The notes under the pieces: model-generated
Database searches by the model: none
Told to the model about the DNA's origin: nothing
The model's input: the letters and a program-made list of their open reading frames with translations, nothing else
In this document: in pieces, positions 1-45,210 of the stretch
Position numbering within the stretch: position 1 is the stretch's first letter
Layout: each line of letters begins with the position of its first letter
Made by a program: the position numbers and the translations under genes
Assembly: GCF_032444005.1 (NCBI RefSeq)
Contig: NC_091288.1
Coordinates: 212,226,001-212,290,000, forward strand
Source: Ranitomeya imitator
Taxonomy: Eukaryota
Direction of reading: 5' to 3'
Length of the DNA stretch: 64,000 nucleotides

Positions 1-334
1 TGATATGTTTACATTTTTATCGCCTTTTATGCATGGGAAGATTAAATAGTTTTTAATATGAAAAAAAAAATAAAAAAAAAAAATAAAAAAATCATCTTCC
101 GTTTTGTGCACACAGCTCCTTTGCAGATATATGTGTCTCTATAGTTACTGTCTACACAACACAAAAAAAGTTGGAGAAGTATTGTATCCTTTAAGATCTT
201 CTTATAGTTTTAATGGATTGTACTTAAGATCAAGCATTGCCATCTCTCGCTTTGTTCGATTTTTCAGGTGTAGGTTGGGATTCTTCAGCTATATGGGTCT
301 AACTCGAAAACTCTAGGGTCCCAATGCATTTTAA

Positions 335-666
335 AAGGGAACCAGTCACCTTAAACATAGCATATTATAGAGCAGGAGGAGCAGAGAAGAGATTATATAT
401 ATCTGTAGGATAAGATTGGTATATAACCTATTATCAATCTAAAGCTTAGGAGTCCAGTGGGCGGTCCTAATCATACACAAGTTACTGTCAGTCACTTATT
501 AGACCCGCCCATTGGACTCCTGATCTTGGAATAAGCAGGATTTTAGACCAATAAAAAGTTATACCAACTCTATCACCGACAAAACTATACATCAAGCCTC
601 TCCTGCTCTATATCGAGCTGCTTGCCGATTGTACTGTTCTTACATATTTGGTATTTACAAGATCCC
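335..666. mobile_element. Degenerate palindromic MITE (Kolobok/T2-like, TTAA-flanked)
   Basis: TTAA-AGGGAACC... at the left and ...ATCCCT-TTAA at the right; internal inverted arms aggagtccagtgggcggtcctaat / attagacccgcccattggactcct. Confidence 0.55.
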
Positions 667-1054
667 TTTAACAGGCCCCCTACTTGTGTGTCATTTTCGA
701 ACTTGTGATGTGACAGGGAAGCATTAAGACACAAGAACCCAGGTCTGACTACCATGACTGCACTCCCTATAGCCATGTACTCGTAGAGCCTAGTACACAA
801 CCCCCCAATGTACAGTGGCGATCAAGGGTCTACAACACTGACCCATAAAAAACGGAAAAGACCATGAAAGGTCCTAAACTTGGGCTTACACCTGAGATTA
901 CTCCTATTAAAATGTTTTGCTCCCACTTGCTAAATATTTCAGGGGTGATGGTCCAAATAGTGGAGAAAATCGGGAGGGTAGTCCGTTACACCTTGAAGGT
1001 CATGAGACTCTACTAAACCAAGTTTTATTTTTTTTTGGCAGCTTTCGAAACACA

Positions 1055-1861
1055 ATGGCAACTGGTGTCATAAGGAACCTCTCAGACTTTAAATTACCTC
1101 CACCGTTCCAACATCCATTCTTCTTCCCAGCCCTGACTCAGGATGTGGACTTCCAAGATTCCTCAGAAGAAGACGATGAACTTTTAGAAGAGGACGAGAT
1201 GGATGATTTATCCTACGGAGAAGAGCAAGAAGATATCCAGTCAACCAGCAACCATGATGTCTCCACCGGAGAAAGTCCTACAGAGATGACTGAGCAGCTT
1301 CTCAAGTTTTCGGAACTCATCAGCAACGACATTCAAAGATATTTTGGACAGAAGACCAAAGAAGAAGACCCGGACTCTTGTAATATTTACGAAGACTACT
1401 TCACACCTCGAATGTATGGAGGGCAGGAATTGTATTATCAAGACCTGGTGAAGATGGCACAAAGCAAAGACCACGATAGAGAAGATTTACTCCACCCTCT
1501 CACTCCTTCGGTAGAAATAGACCAGAAGATATTAAGGAGCATCTGCACCAAGGAAGATCCCAAAAAGCTTGGTCCTCTCACTGAGCTCTTCGACTTTGGT
1601 CTTCGAAAGTACACAAGGCAAAAGATTTCAATGGGAAAGGATACCAGGCTGCACAGACTAGACCGCAAATATGCCCATATCGTGCCCATGCACAGACGGA
1701 TGCTACCCCTCTCCTTCTGGAAGGAACCATCTCCCGTACCATCCTGCATCCTGAACACCAACACCCCAGACTTCAGTGATCTTCTGGAAAACTGGACGTC
1801 GGACACACATCATGAATTACATAGCGCCGGAAGGGACCTCATGAGCGAATTCGGCAGATAG
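1055..1861 (+). CDS. PERCC1: Proline- and glutamate-rich protein with coiled coil 1 (single coding exon, 268 aa)
   Basis: ATG at 1055 (MATGVIRNLSDFKLPPPFQHPFF), an acidic E/D tract, then QLLKFSELISNDIQRYFG, ELYYQDLV, LGPLTELFDFGL, RKYAHIVPM, LPLSFWKEP and TPDFSDLLENW, which match the conserved blocks of human PERCC1 as I recall them. A polypyrimidine tract and AG acceptor end at 1041. The track's TTG start at 917 is intronic. Synteny with CLCN7/PTX4 supports the call. Confidence 0.93.
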   Translation: MATGVIRNLSDFKLPPPFQHPFFFPALTQDVDFQDSSEEDDELLEEDEMDDLSYGEEQEDIQSTSNHDVSTGESPTEMTEQLLKFSELISNDIQRYFGQKTKEEDPDSCNIYEDYFTPRMYGGQELYYQDLVKMAQSKDHDREDLLHPLTPSVEIDQKILRSICTKEDPKKLGPLTELFDFGLRKYTRQKISMGKDTRLHRLDRKYAHIVPMHRRMLPLSFWKEPSPVPSCILNTNTPDFSDLLENWTSDTHHELHSAGRDLMSEFGR

Positions 1862-2379
1862 ATCCCGAGTATTCAGGTCCAAAATGTATGATGTATTTCC
1901 AGATAGTTTAGGAGCAGAAACTTTCTAGATTAGAAGAACATTTATCAGTCTACCTGGTAGAACAAGGAACGATCCTGGTGCCAAACTCCATAACAAGACC
2001 GTAGGTCGAATGGTCCACATCTCCGAAAAGCCAAACCCACTGGGTTCCCAGAATCATTACAATGGGTGAGGGGTGAGGAGCAGTTGAACCCTACTGGAAA
2101 GCTTTAGGTCTTCTGGCAGTGTCTACGGACACAGGCTGGAAAGCAGTACCGTAATCAAACAAGAGGGTCCGAGACCACCGACAAATATGGTCTTTTCCTA
2201 TTCCATGAAACTCCACGAAAATTGGGTACAAGATCACCAGAGAATCCCAGCCAATAGGTCTGAAGGGGTTAGCATCACAATTATCCCTCCACCCAAAGAC
2301 ACATTTTGCATTCTACCAATCACCCCCCACCCGCACGTTAAATACCCACCTCTGTACATAGTCAGAATTTATTTTGCTT

Positions 2380-2385
2380 AATAAA
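2380..2385 (+). terminator. Candidate poly(A) signal of PERCC1
   Basis: AATAAA about 520 nt after the stop codon, followed by an A run and the assembly gap. Confidence 0.5.
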
Positions 2386-2399
2386 GTTTAAAAAAAAAA

Positions 2400-2532
2400 N
2401 NNNNNNNNNNNNNNNNNNNNNNNNNNNNNNNNNNNNNNNNNNNNNNNNNNNNNNNNNNNNNNNNNNNNNNNNNNNNNNNNNNNNNNNNNNNNNNNNNNNN
2501 NNNNNNNNNNNNNNNNNNNNNNNNNNNNNNNN
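2400..2532. other. Assembly gap (133 N)
   Basis: Run of N. Confidence 1.
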
Positions 2533-4299
2533 GCACCGTCGCAGCTACAGCCACAAAATTTTGCACAGTCACACGTATGGACCCCGAGAGCGTCATAGGC
2601 TATGTTGTGAGGCGAAATTTTAGCCCCGCGTGTTCCAATTCACCAAACAATTTTACCCCTATCTACATAATGGGGAAAAAGGGAAAGGAAAAGTGTTGGA
2701 GGCGTCGTAGCTACAGCCACAAAATTTTGCACAGTCACACGTCTGGACCCCGAGAGCGTCATAGGCAAAGTTGTGAGGTGAAATTTTAACCCTGCGCTTT
2801 CCAATTCACCAAACAATTTTGCCCCTATCTACATAATGGGGAAAAGTGAAAGGAAAAGTGTTGGAGGCAAATTGACAGCTGCCAGATGTGAACAAGGGGG
2901 ACTTAAAGAGTGAGAGCGATGGCGCCAAAGAGTATATACCGTACAGTTGCTAAGGTGGGGTCCCGTCATGGGATACTCACCACACACGGGGATATGGATA
3001 CACACAAAATGCGCCACACACTACCACGTGCTTGAACACATATACCACCCTCAGCACACATTTCACCACACATACACCAACCTCGCCACATAAAAGTCGA
3101 AACACAAAAGTCGGCGCTCAAAACTCACCACGCGCAAAACTCGCCACATGCAAAAACTAGGCTCACGCAAAAATCGCCACAAGTGCAAAACTCACCTCAT
3201 GGAAAACTCGCCACACGCAAAACTTGCACACGCGGAAAAATTGCCACATGCACAAAAGTTGCAACACATGCAAAAGTTGCCTCACACAAAACTTGCACAT
3301 ACTCAAAAGGCACCACACATAAAACTCGCCACGCGCAAAACTAGCCATGCGCTAAACTTGCTGCACACAACTTGCTACACTAACCTGTCACATGCAACTC
3401 GACACACAAAAAGTTGCTAAACGCATGTCGCCACACAAAACTCATCTCACAAAAGTCGCTACATGCATGTCACCACACGCAACTCAACACACACAACTTG
3501 ACAAACGAAACTCGCCCTAAAACACACACAAGTCTGGTATTATCCTTCAAAAATAAAAATCTGATTAATAAGCAGACAAATTACAAGAGCAACAAATGTT
3601 CCATATAGGAAATACGGCAGCTGTCAGTCACATGACCTGTCTATTATGTGTATGTGTGAGGTAATATATACTGCCAGGGGGAGGGCTTCCTGTTGGCTGG
3701 GGATTTATCAGGCTGCCAATTTAGCTTACAAATACTGAGGTAAAAATACTGACCAAATAACGTGTGAACGAGGTCTAATACAGGAGGAGATGACACACAG
3801 GTATATACTATATACAGGAGAGATGACACAGGTATATACTATATACAGGGGAGATGACACACAGGTATATAGTATATACAGGAGATGACATACAGGTATA
3901 TGCTATATATAGAAGATGACATACAGGTATATACTATATACAGGGGAGATGACACACAGGTATATACTATATATAGGAGATGACATACAGGTATATACTA
4001 TATACAGGAGATGACATACAGGTGTACACTATATATAAGGGAGATGACAAACATGTATATACTGAGGTGAAAATGAGAGGTGAGAGGTGAAAATGAAAAG
4101 GTGTGAGTGCAAAATGATAGGAGTGAGGGAAAATAGTGGAGTGATCAGAAAATGACAGATGTGAAGTCGAAATGACAAGTGTTAGGGGGGAATGAGAGGA
4201 GTGAGGGGGAAAATAAGAGGAGTGAGGAGGAAAAAGTGAGGTGCTATAACTAACCACAGATATTTACTATGCCCAGGCAACGCCGGGCTCTTCAGCTAG
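2533..4299 (+). mobile_element. Non-autonomous Helitron (3' part) carrying internal tandem repeats
   Basis: 3' terminus: GC hairpin gcccaggc-aac-gccgggc (4271-4288), then CTAG (4296-4299) followed by T. Internal 166-bp repeat (2538 and 2704), CA-rich ladder (about 3060-3530) and ggtatatactatatacaggagatgacaca repeats (about 3780-4070). The 5' end is presumably in the gap. Confidence 0.7.
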
Positions 4300-4936
4300 T
4301 ATATATATATCATTGACGTCTTCTAGATTTTTATTGCTCTTCCCACATCACAGTTTTTGACTCCGCCGTTTTGTAACCCTGCGCAGCTCACAGGGGGCGG
4401 GGCTGCTGTGTGATTGACAGCTCTGCTTTTGTCACAATCCTGCCCTGGCAGATCACAGCACACAGCCTGGTCTGCAGGCACATGTAACATTTTACAATTC
4501 TGATGCCATAAGGTTTGATGAAGGGAAAAAAAAAAATCTAAGATATAACAAAGCGAAAGGTAAAGGGGTTGTCCACCTTCGGAGACTTTTTATTTTGCTT
4601 TACATTTAGATTTCATTAATAGTGTTGCACCATTTGACTTCTACAATCTCCATGCTGCACTGTCTATTGTCAGCTGCGGAATGAGTTCACTGAGATTCTG
4701 TCAGCGAGCTCATTCTGTCGTCTTACAGGAGAGTCTTTAGATCATTTATCTGTCCCCCCCCCCCACACCGAACTCCTCCTCTGCTGATTTATGGCCATAG
4801 ACCACATCAAAGTTGAATGTTAAGAAAAACAGAGGATGTAAAACCAAAACAATATAATTTTTTAATGAAACCCAATTGCAAAAAAAAAAAAAAAAAAAAA
4901 AAAAGTTTAGCCCCAAACACATGCATTTAACAAAAA

Positions 4937-4986
<50 letters not shown>

Positions 4987-5034
4987 ATTAATTATCTGAT
5001 ACGTGTCACTTTGATTAAAAAATAAAAATGATAT

Positions 5035-7270
5035 ATAGTTTTTTTCCTCCTCCAGCCATATAGTTGTATGACGGCTTCTTTTTTGCAGGACGGGTTGTAC
5101 TTTTGAATGACGCCATTCATTCTGCCACATACTGTACTGGAAAACAGGAGAAAAAAAAAAACTGTAAAAAAAAAAAAAAGTGCAATTCCACAATGGTTTT
5201 TGGGGTTTTGTATTTACCATGTTCACTATATGGTAAAACTGACCTGCTAATATGGTTCCCCAGGTCACTACGAGCGCGCAGACACCAAACATGTGAGGGT
5301 TATTTTTCTATTATTTAGGTTGGGGAAAATAAAAACAGAAATTTATCCCCCCAAAAATTAACTTTTGTTTTCATTTTCCAAAACTTGTAACATTCTCATT
5401 TTTTTGGAATCTGAGGCGGGGGAGGGGAGCCTATTTTTTTACGTTTTTATTGACGCCATGTTTTTTTTTTTTTAAGGTAGATTCAAGGTTTTGATCGCCT
5501 TTTATTGCAATGTTGCGGTGACCAAAAAAAAAAAAAAAAATTATTCTGGCGTTTGATTTTTTTTTTCTTTTAATGCAGTTTACTGATCAGATTAATTGAC
5601 TTCAGATTTTGATAGATCGTATTTTTCTGAATGCAGTGATATCAAATATGTGTAAATTTTTATGGCTTTATTTTAAAGGGGGTGGGTGATTTGAATGTTT
5701 TTTTATTTTTACAAATTTTTTTTTTTTTACTGTATTTAACCCCTTCATGACCTTGGGATTTTTCGTTTTTCCGTGTTCGTTTTTCACTCCCCTCCTTCCC
5801 AGAGCCATAACTTTTTTATTTTTCCGTCAATTTGGCCATGTGAGGGCTTATTTTTTGCGGGACGAGTTGTACTTTTGAACGACATCATTGGTTTTAGCAT
5901 GTCGTGTACTAGAAAACGGGAAAAAAATTCCAAGTGCGGTGAAATTGCCAAAAAAAGTGCAATCCCACACTGGTTTTTTGTTTGGCTTTTTTGCTAGGTT
6001 CACTAAATGCTAAAACTGACCTGCCATTATGATTCTCCAGGTCAGTACGAGTTCATAGACACCAAACATGACTAGGTTATTTTTTATCTAAGTGGTGAAA
6101 AAAAATTCCAAACTTTGCTAAAAAAAATAAAATAAAAACATTGCGCCATTTTCCGATACCCGTAGTGTCTCCATTTTTCGTGATCTGGGGTCGGTTGAGG
6201 GCTTATTTTTTGCGTGCCGAGATGATGTTTTTAATGATAGCATATCGGTGCAGATACGTTCTTTTGATCGCCCGTTATTGCATTTTAATGCAATGTCGTG
6301 GCGACCAAAAAAACGTAATTCTGGCGTTTTGAATTTTTTTCCCGCTACGCTGTTTAGCGATCAGGTTAATGCTTTTTTTTAGTTGATAGAATGGGCGATT
6401 CTGAGCGCGGCGATACCAAATATGCGTAGATTTTATATTTTTTTTATTGATTTATTTTGATTGGGGCGAAAGGGGGGTGATTTAAACTTTTATATTTTTT
6501 TTATTTTTTTAACATTTTTTTTCAACTTTTTTTACTTTTGCCATGCTTCAATAGCCTCCATGGGAGACTAGAAGCAGGCACAGCACGATCGCCTCTGCTA
6601 CATAGCAGCGATCTGCTGATCGCTGCTATGTAGCAGAAATGGAGGTGTGCTGTGAGCGCCGACCACAGGGTGGCGCTCACAGCCACTGGCGATCAGTAAC
6701 CATAGAGGTCTCAAGGACCTCTATGGTTACAATGGAGACGCATCGCCGACCCCCGATCATGTGACGGGGGTCGGCGATGACGTCATTTCCGGTCGGAAGC
6801 GGTAGTTAAATGCCGCTGTCTGCGTTTGACAGCGGCATTTAACTAGTTAATAGGTGTGGGCAGATCGCGATTCTGCCAGCGCCTATTACGGGCACATGTC
6901 AGCTGTTCAAAACAGCTGACATGTCCCGGCTTTGATGCGGGCTCACCGCGGAGCCCTGCATCAAAGCAGGGGATCTGACCTCGGACGTACTATCCCGTCC
7001 GAGGTCAGATAGGGGTTAATAGTTCCTTTAGGGGGCTTGAATCTGAGATCATCTGATCGTCTCTGCTACACATAGCAAGGCTACAGCAAACATCACGATC
7101 TTCTATGAATGCCGGCCACGTGCCGACGTTCACAGGAGGTTTGTGATGAGAGGCACGGGGGTGTTCAGCAGCCCCCAGATCCATGACAACCCATTGGCGC
7201 CCCATGATCATTTGACGGACGGCATCAATGATACGCTTCCTGTCTGCGTGTGTGATCATCCAATTAAAGG
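5035..7270. mobile_element. Older diverged copy of the same piggyBac-type family, interrupted by the 5740..7015 copy
   Basis: About 5040-5735 aligns by eye to about 5790-6520 (ttttttgcaggacgggttgtacttttgaatgacg vs ttttttgcgggacgagttgtacttttgaacgaca), and homology resumes after 7019 (ctctgctaca). Outer ends are approximate. Confidence 0.55.
5740..7015. mobile_element. Non-autonomous piggyBac-type element (1276 bp)
   Basis: TTAA at 5736-5739 and 7016-7019; termini CCCCTTcatgacctt...aggtcagatAGGGG form imperfect ~19-bp TIRs; perfect subterminal palindrome atctgacctcggacg...cgtccgaggtcagat. No ORF. Confidence 0.85.
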
Positions 7271-7341
7271 GCACAGAGACAAAACCTGAGTCCCGGCGCC
7301 ACCTGCTGGTCAGATAATGAACTAAATTTATAATAAATTAC

Positions 7342-9295
7342 TAGGGATGAGGGGCCGTGCTCGGTGATATTCTTATCACTCGAGTATCATGATGCTCGAA
7401 TCTGTGCCCTGCATGTTTGGCACCTCTTACACAGCCAATAAGCATGCGGAGATTGCCAGCGTGTCACTGTAATGCCGCAGCCATCTTGGTTGTGGCATTA
7501 TTGTGATTGGCTGGCAGTATGACATCATCAGGGATTATAAAAGGCGAGGCGCCGTCCGGCACACTAACGCCATTGTACAGCTGTGGCACTTCGTATTGGA
7601 GGGAGACGGTGATTGTCCAGGCCTGTGTGCACAGTATAACAAATCAGAGGCCTGTAGTGTAGATACGGTGGCTGGAGCGGAGCCATCATACTAGCAGCCC
7701 TTCTAAGGGCTAATCCTGCGCTTTGCTATTTGTATCACATACAACTGTCCCTGGGCTAAATGCAGAATGTAGGAGCAGGGAGAGTGGCAGAATACAGTCT
7801 CTAGGCAGCAGGGCCGGCTCCGAGTTCTCGTGGGCCCTGGGCGAAAAACTCTCTGTGGGCCCCTTTAACACATACCACAAGTCAGACACAGCAGAGAAAT
7901 ATAGGTATAGTACAAAGCCAAAGATTTCACTTCTTACATTACATGAGTGATATCTATTGTAAATTCTACAAAAGGTCATAAACTGGACATTATAGCCCTC
8001 CATACAGTATTATAGGCACCACATAGTCCTCCATACAGTATTATAGGCACCACATAGCCCTCCATACAGTATTATAGGCACCACATAGCCCTCCATACAG
8101 TATTATAGGCACCACATAGTCCTCCATACAGTATTATGGGCCCCACATAGTCCTCCATACAGTATTATGGGCACCACATAGTGCTCCATACAGTATTATA
8201 GGCACCACATAGTCCTCCATACAGTATTATAGGCACCACATAGTCCTCCATACAGTATTATGGGCCCCACATAGTCCTCCATACAGTATTATGGGCCCCA
8301 CATAGTCCTCCATACAGTATTATGGACACCACATAGAAATCCATACAGTATTATAGGCACCACATAGTCCTCCATACAGTATTACAGGCACCACATAGAC
8401 CTCCATACAGTATTACGGGCCCCACATAGTCCTCCAAACAGTATTATGGACACCACATAGTGCTCCATGCAGAATATTGTGCCCCATATAGTGCTCCATA
8501 CAGTATTATGGGCCCCACATAGTCCTCCATACAGTATTATGGGCCCCACATAGTCCTCCATACAGTATTATGGGCCCCACATAGTGCTCCATACAGTATT
8601 ATGGACACCACATAGTGCTCCATGCAGAATATTGTGCCCCATATAGTGCCCCATACAGTATTATAGGCACCACATAGTCCTCCATACAGTATTACAGGCA
8701 CCACATAGACCTCCATACAGTATTACGGGCCCCACATAGTCCTCCAAACAGTATTATGGGCCCCACATAGTCCTCCATGCAGAATAATGTGCCCCATATA
8801 GTGCTCCATACAGTATTATGGGCCCCACATAGTCCTCCATACAGTATTATGGGCCCCACATACGGTATATACATTTTCATCCATACATTTCTGTAGTATA
8901 TAACACTCCTAAAAAGCATTGCAAAATGTTTCTGGATTCAATTACTCATCCATACAGTATTACGTGCTTTGTGCTAAATATTAAAAACCGCTTGGCCTCG
9001 TCACAAAATATTTTTGTTAAAAAATAAATTGTCATATAACTGTAGAACCTGCTTTGTGTGAAATTGCGTCGGTTTGAAATAGAAAAAAAAATAAACTTGT
9101 CATGCTACAAGTGTAGAAATTTGGTCTCTCAGTACCCGGTCCCCAGCCGCCACTATCACATCAGCCGGAAAGCTCTGCAGCACTGCCGGAAAAAAAAGCT
9201 CGACTTTCCCATTGACTCCCATTATACTCGTTAATCGCAACGAGTATTAGGAATTGCAACGAGCACCCGAGCATTCTAGTGCTCGCTCATCTCTA
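7342..9295. mobile_element. Non-autonomous hAT-type element with internal minisatellite
   Basis: Termini TAGGGATGAG...CTCATCTCTA; flanking 8-mers taaattac and taaatgac (7/8 identical) fit an 8-bp TSD. Confidence 0.7.
7998..8865. repeat. 31-bp minisatellite (ccatacagtattataggcaccacatagtcct)n
   Basis: About 28 tandem copies, inside the hAT-type element. Confidence 0.95.
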
Positions 9296-9339
9296 TAAAT
9301 GACAAAACTCCAGAGAAATGTCGCAGGTAAACTAAACGG

Positions 9340-9345
9340 TTTATT
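9340..9345 (-). terminator. Candidate CLCN7 poly(A) signal
   Basis: AATAAA on the minus strand 1.8 kb after the stop codon; other tttatt hexamers exist nearer the stop, so this is not unique. Confidence 0.3.
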
Positions 9346-11145
9346 GAAACAGCAGCACATTCTAGAACAGAATCCGATAAAAGAAATCAATGTTGAAAGC
9401 TGGACGACGATCATACAAGCATCCGCACAGACACGTCCTTCCATGCACTCTCGCACACCAATGGGGTCTTGTTCAAATTAATAATAAAAAAATAAAAAAA
9501 ACCCCTGTAAAAACGTTGCAATATTTGGCTTTTATAGCAAGTAGTCACTTAGTGAAAATGTTTGTCTGGTCCCTGCTGGTGGCCCAGGAGCCGGAGCACA
9601 AAGCAAAGCAGCATCACCGCTGCCGTGTGCTGAATCAAGAGGAGTGTAGAAATAATCAAAATCAACTAGGATTCATTAATAGAAAATAAAAACAAAAAAA
9701 AAAAACACAAACAAAAAAAAAAAAAAAAAAAAAAATGCCTAACTTAGGTCAGAAGATCAGATTAAATAAAGTACTGGAATCTAGAACCTGACTGCAAAAG
9801 AAAATCCTCAGGGGCGGGGCAACATATTCAAATCTGATTGGTCAATAAGGGCTCTACCACTGTAACCAGCCCTGGAGGAGCAGCAGAGATTTTCTTTGGG
9901 CAGAACTGAAGATTTTAGGAAGTTCCGCAAGCTGTAAATACAATTTTTTTTTTGCCAACTAATGATAGTTTAGTTTAGTTTATAGTGGTTACAATACTTG
10001 AAGAACTAAGTGTGCTCCAAGCAATCCTCAAGCCGCCCTACAACACCATATCAATATAGTGAAACCCATTATTTAAGTCGAAAAACTGGGGGGGGGGAAA
10101 TATATAAAAAAAAGTGTGCTCTAAAAATGAGATTAACAAAATTTAATTATATAGATATATATTTTTTTTAATATTTATTTTGCCTTTCTTGGTCACATAC
10201 ACCCAACATCTAATAATTGCGGAATTAAACTAAAGGAATAAAATAAAGTAACACAAAAGTGGCGTCAGATATAGCTCCGCCCCCCGCTTTGTACCGCTAC
10301 ACCTTCTCCCATGATGCTCAGCTCTCTTTAGGCCGGTCAATGCATATTTTGCGCTGCTCCTGACCGATTCTATCAAACCTGAAAGCAAAAAAAGTCGCCC
10401 CCTACAGGCCTTGGAGTAAATAAAAATTAATTAAAACGGAATCTGGAGGCTCTGCTGTGCGAAATATACTTTTTTTTTTTTTACATTTTGTAATGTTTTG
10501 ACATAAAAACAATTCCCCCCTCCCCCATTTTTTTAAAGAGATATCGTCCATTTTCTGTGCATGGGTTGATAAGACTGCTGCGTTCCTGGGAATTCTGACG
10601 GATTAATGAGCAATTACCATGGATACGAGGACCTACAGCTGATAGTAAACTACTACTCCCAGCAGGTCGTGACTGCTTGCATGTTAGGAGTCGTAGTTTA
10701 GCGACAGCTTGGAGGCCACAGCTCGAGGGAAGTCCATCGTTTCGCAGTATAAATCCATTTGGTTTAAGTCATGCTATGCTCCAATCACATCCAGAGCTGC
10801 GTTCATAATTCTGTGCAGTGCTCTGCTGACCGGCTCATGATTCACTGTACGCATGGAGAGAAGGCATTCTGATGCAGCTTTGGATGTGACTGGAGCACAA
10901 TACAACAAGGACGTGTGAAGGTAACATCGGCGGGATGGATGAACCGGAGCTGCGTACTCTTCGCGGCCGGTTCCTGAGCGGAGGTTTGGTGGATGTTGGT
11001 GTGAGAGGCCGCTCGTGTGTTCACTTTCGGCAGTGGAGGTCGCCTCCGGTGCAGTCAGGTCCTGGCAGTGCGGAAAGTTCTCAGACCTGCTAAGTGTCCG
11101 CTTCAAGAAAAGGAGAAGAACAGAAAATGGTGGCGCTGGGCGGCA

Positions 11146-44699
<33,554 letters not shown>

Positions 44700-44700
<1 letters not shown>

Positions 44701-45210
44701 GCTCCGTCCTGTGCGGCCGCTCCGCTCGCTGTTTGTGCATGTGACAGACGGAGCCTCGGGAGATCCTGCGGTCATGTGACTGCCCATCTACGGCGCCGCG
44801 GCGGGGTCAGAGCAGTGACACGCTCCCGGGGCATGACGGGTAATGTAGTCCTACAGTGTTACCATAACAACCCGGCTGCGGGGACTCTCCTGAGCAGCTG
44901 ATGAGCTGAAATGTGGAACTTTCCACGTGATGGCGCCGGCCAATCAAAAGGCTGCAAAAATAACCGCGAATAACGAGCCGAGTCCACTAGAAAAAAATCC
45001 ACAACAACCCTCAGCGTCGCCTCAAAGGGTTAATTCCGTCTTTACAAGTTTCCTTGGGTGGTAACGTGGGGCCGCGGGCGGCAAATGTCCGTGTGAGTGG
45101 GAAGAAGCCGAGCGTGGGGCTCAGATGAGTCCGCCAATCAAAGCTCAGCTCTCATTCCTGTGCAACCAATCAGAGCTCAGCTATCATTCCCGTGCAACCA
45201 ATCAGAGCTC
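44700..45210 (-). promoter_or_regulatory. CpG-rich CLCN7 promoter with four CCAAT boxes
   Basis: CpG-dense; CCAAT at 44940, 45134, 45166 and 45198 (plus strand); no clear TATA box. Confidence 0.65.
44771..44780. promoter_or_regulatory. CLEAR/M-box-like site GTCATGTGAC (MiT/TFE family)
   Basis: 71-80 nt upstream of the CLCN7 ATG; a second CACGTG E-box lies at 44924-44929. CLCN7 is an established MITF/TFEB target in mammals. Confidence 0.6.

Noticed and set aside
917-1054. 46-aa N-terminal extension of PERCC1 in the ORF track
   Set aside because: Starts at TTG and crosses a polypyrimidine tract and acceptor; intronic.
1055-2399. PERCC1 as a processed retrocopy (intronless CDS, AATAAA plus A run)
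   Set aside because: A splice acceptor precedes the ATG, the human gene also has one coding exon, the position is syntenic, and the A run starts only 4 nt after AATAAA.
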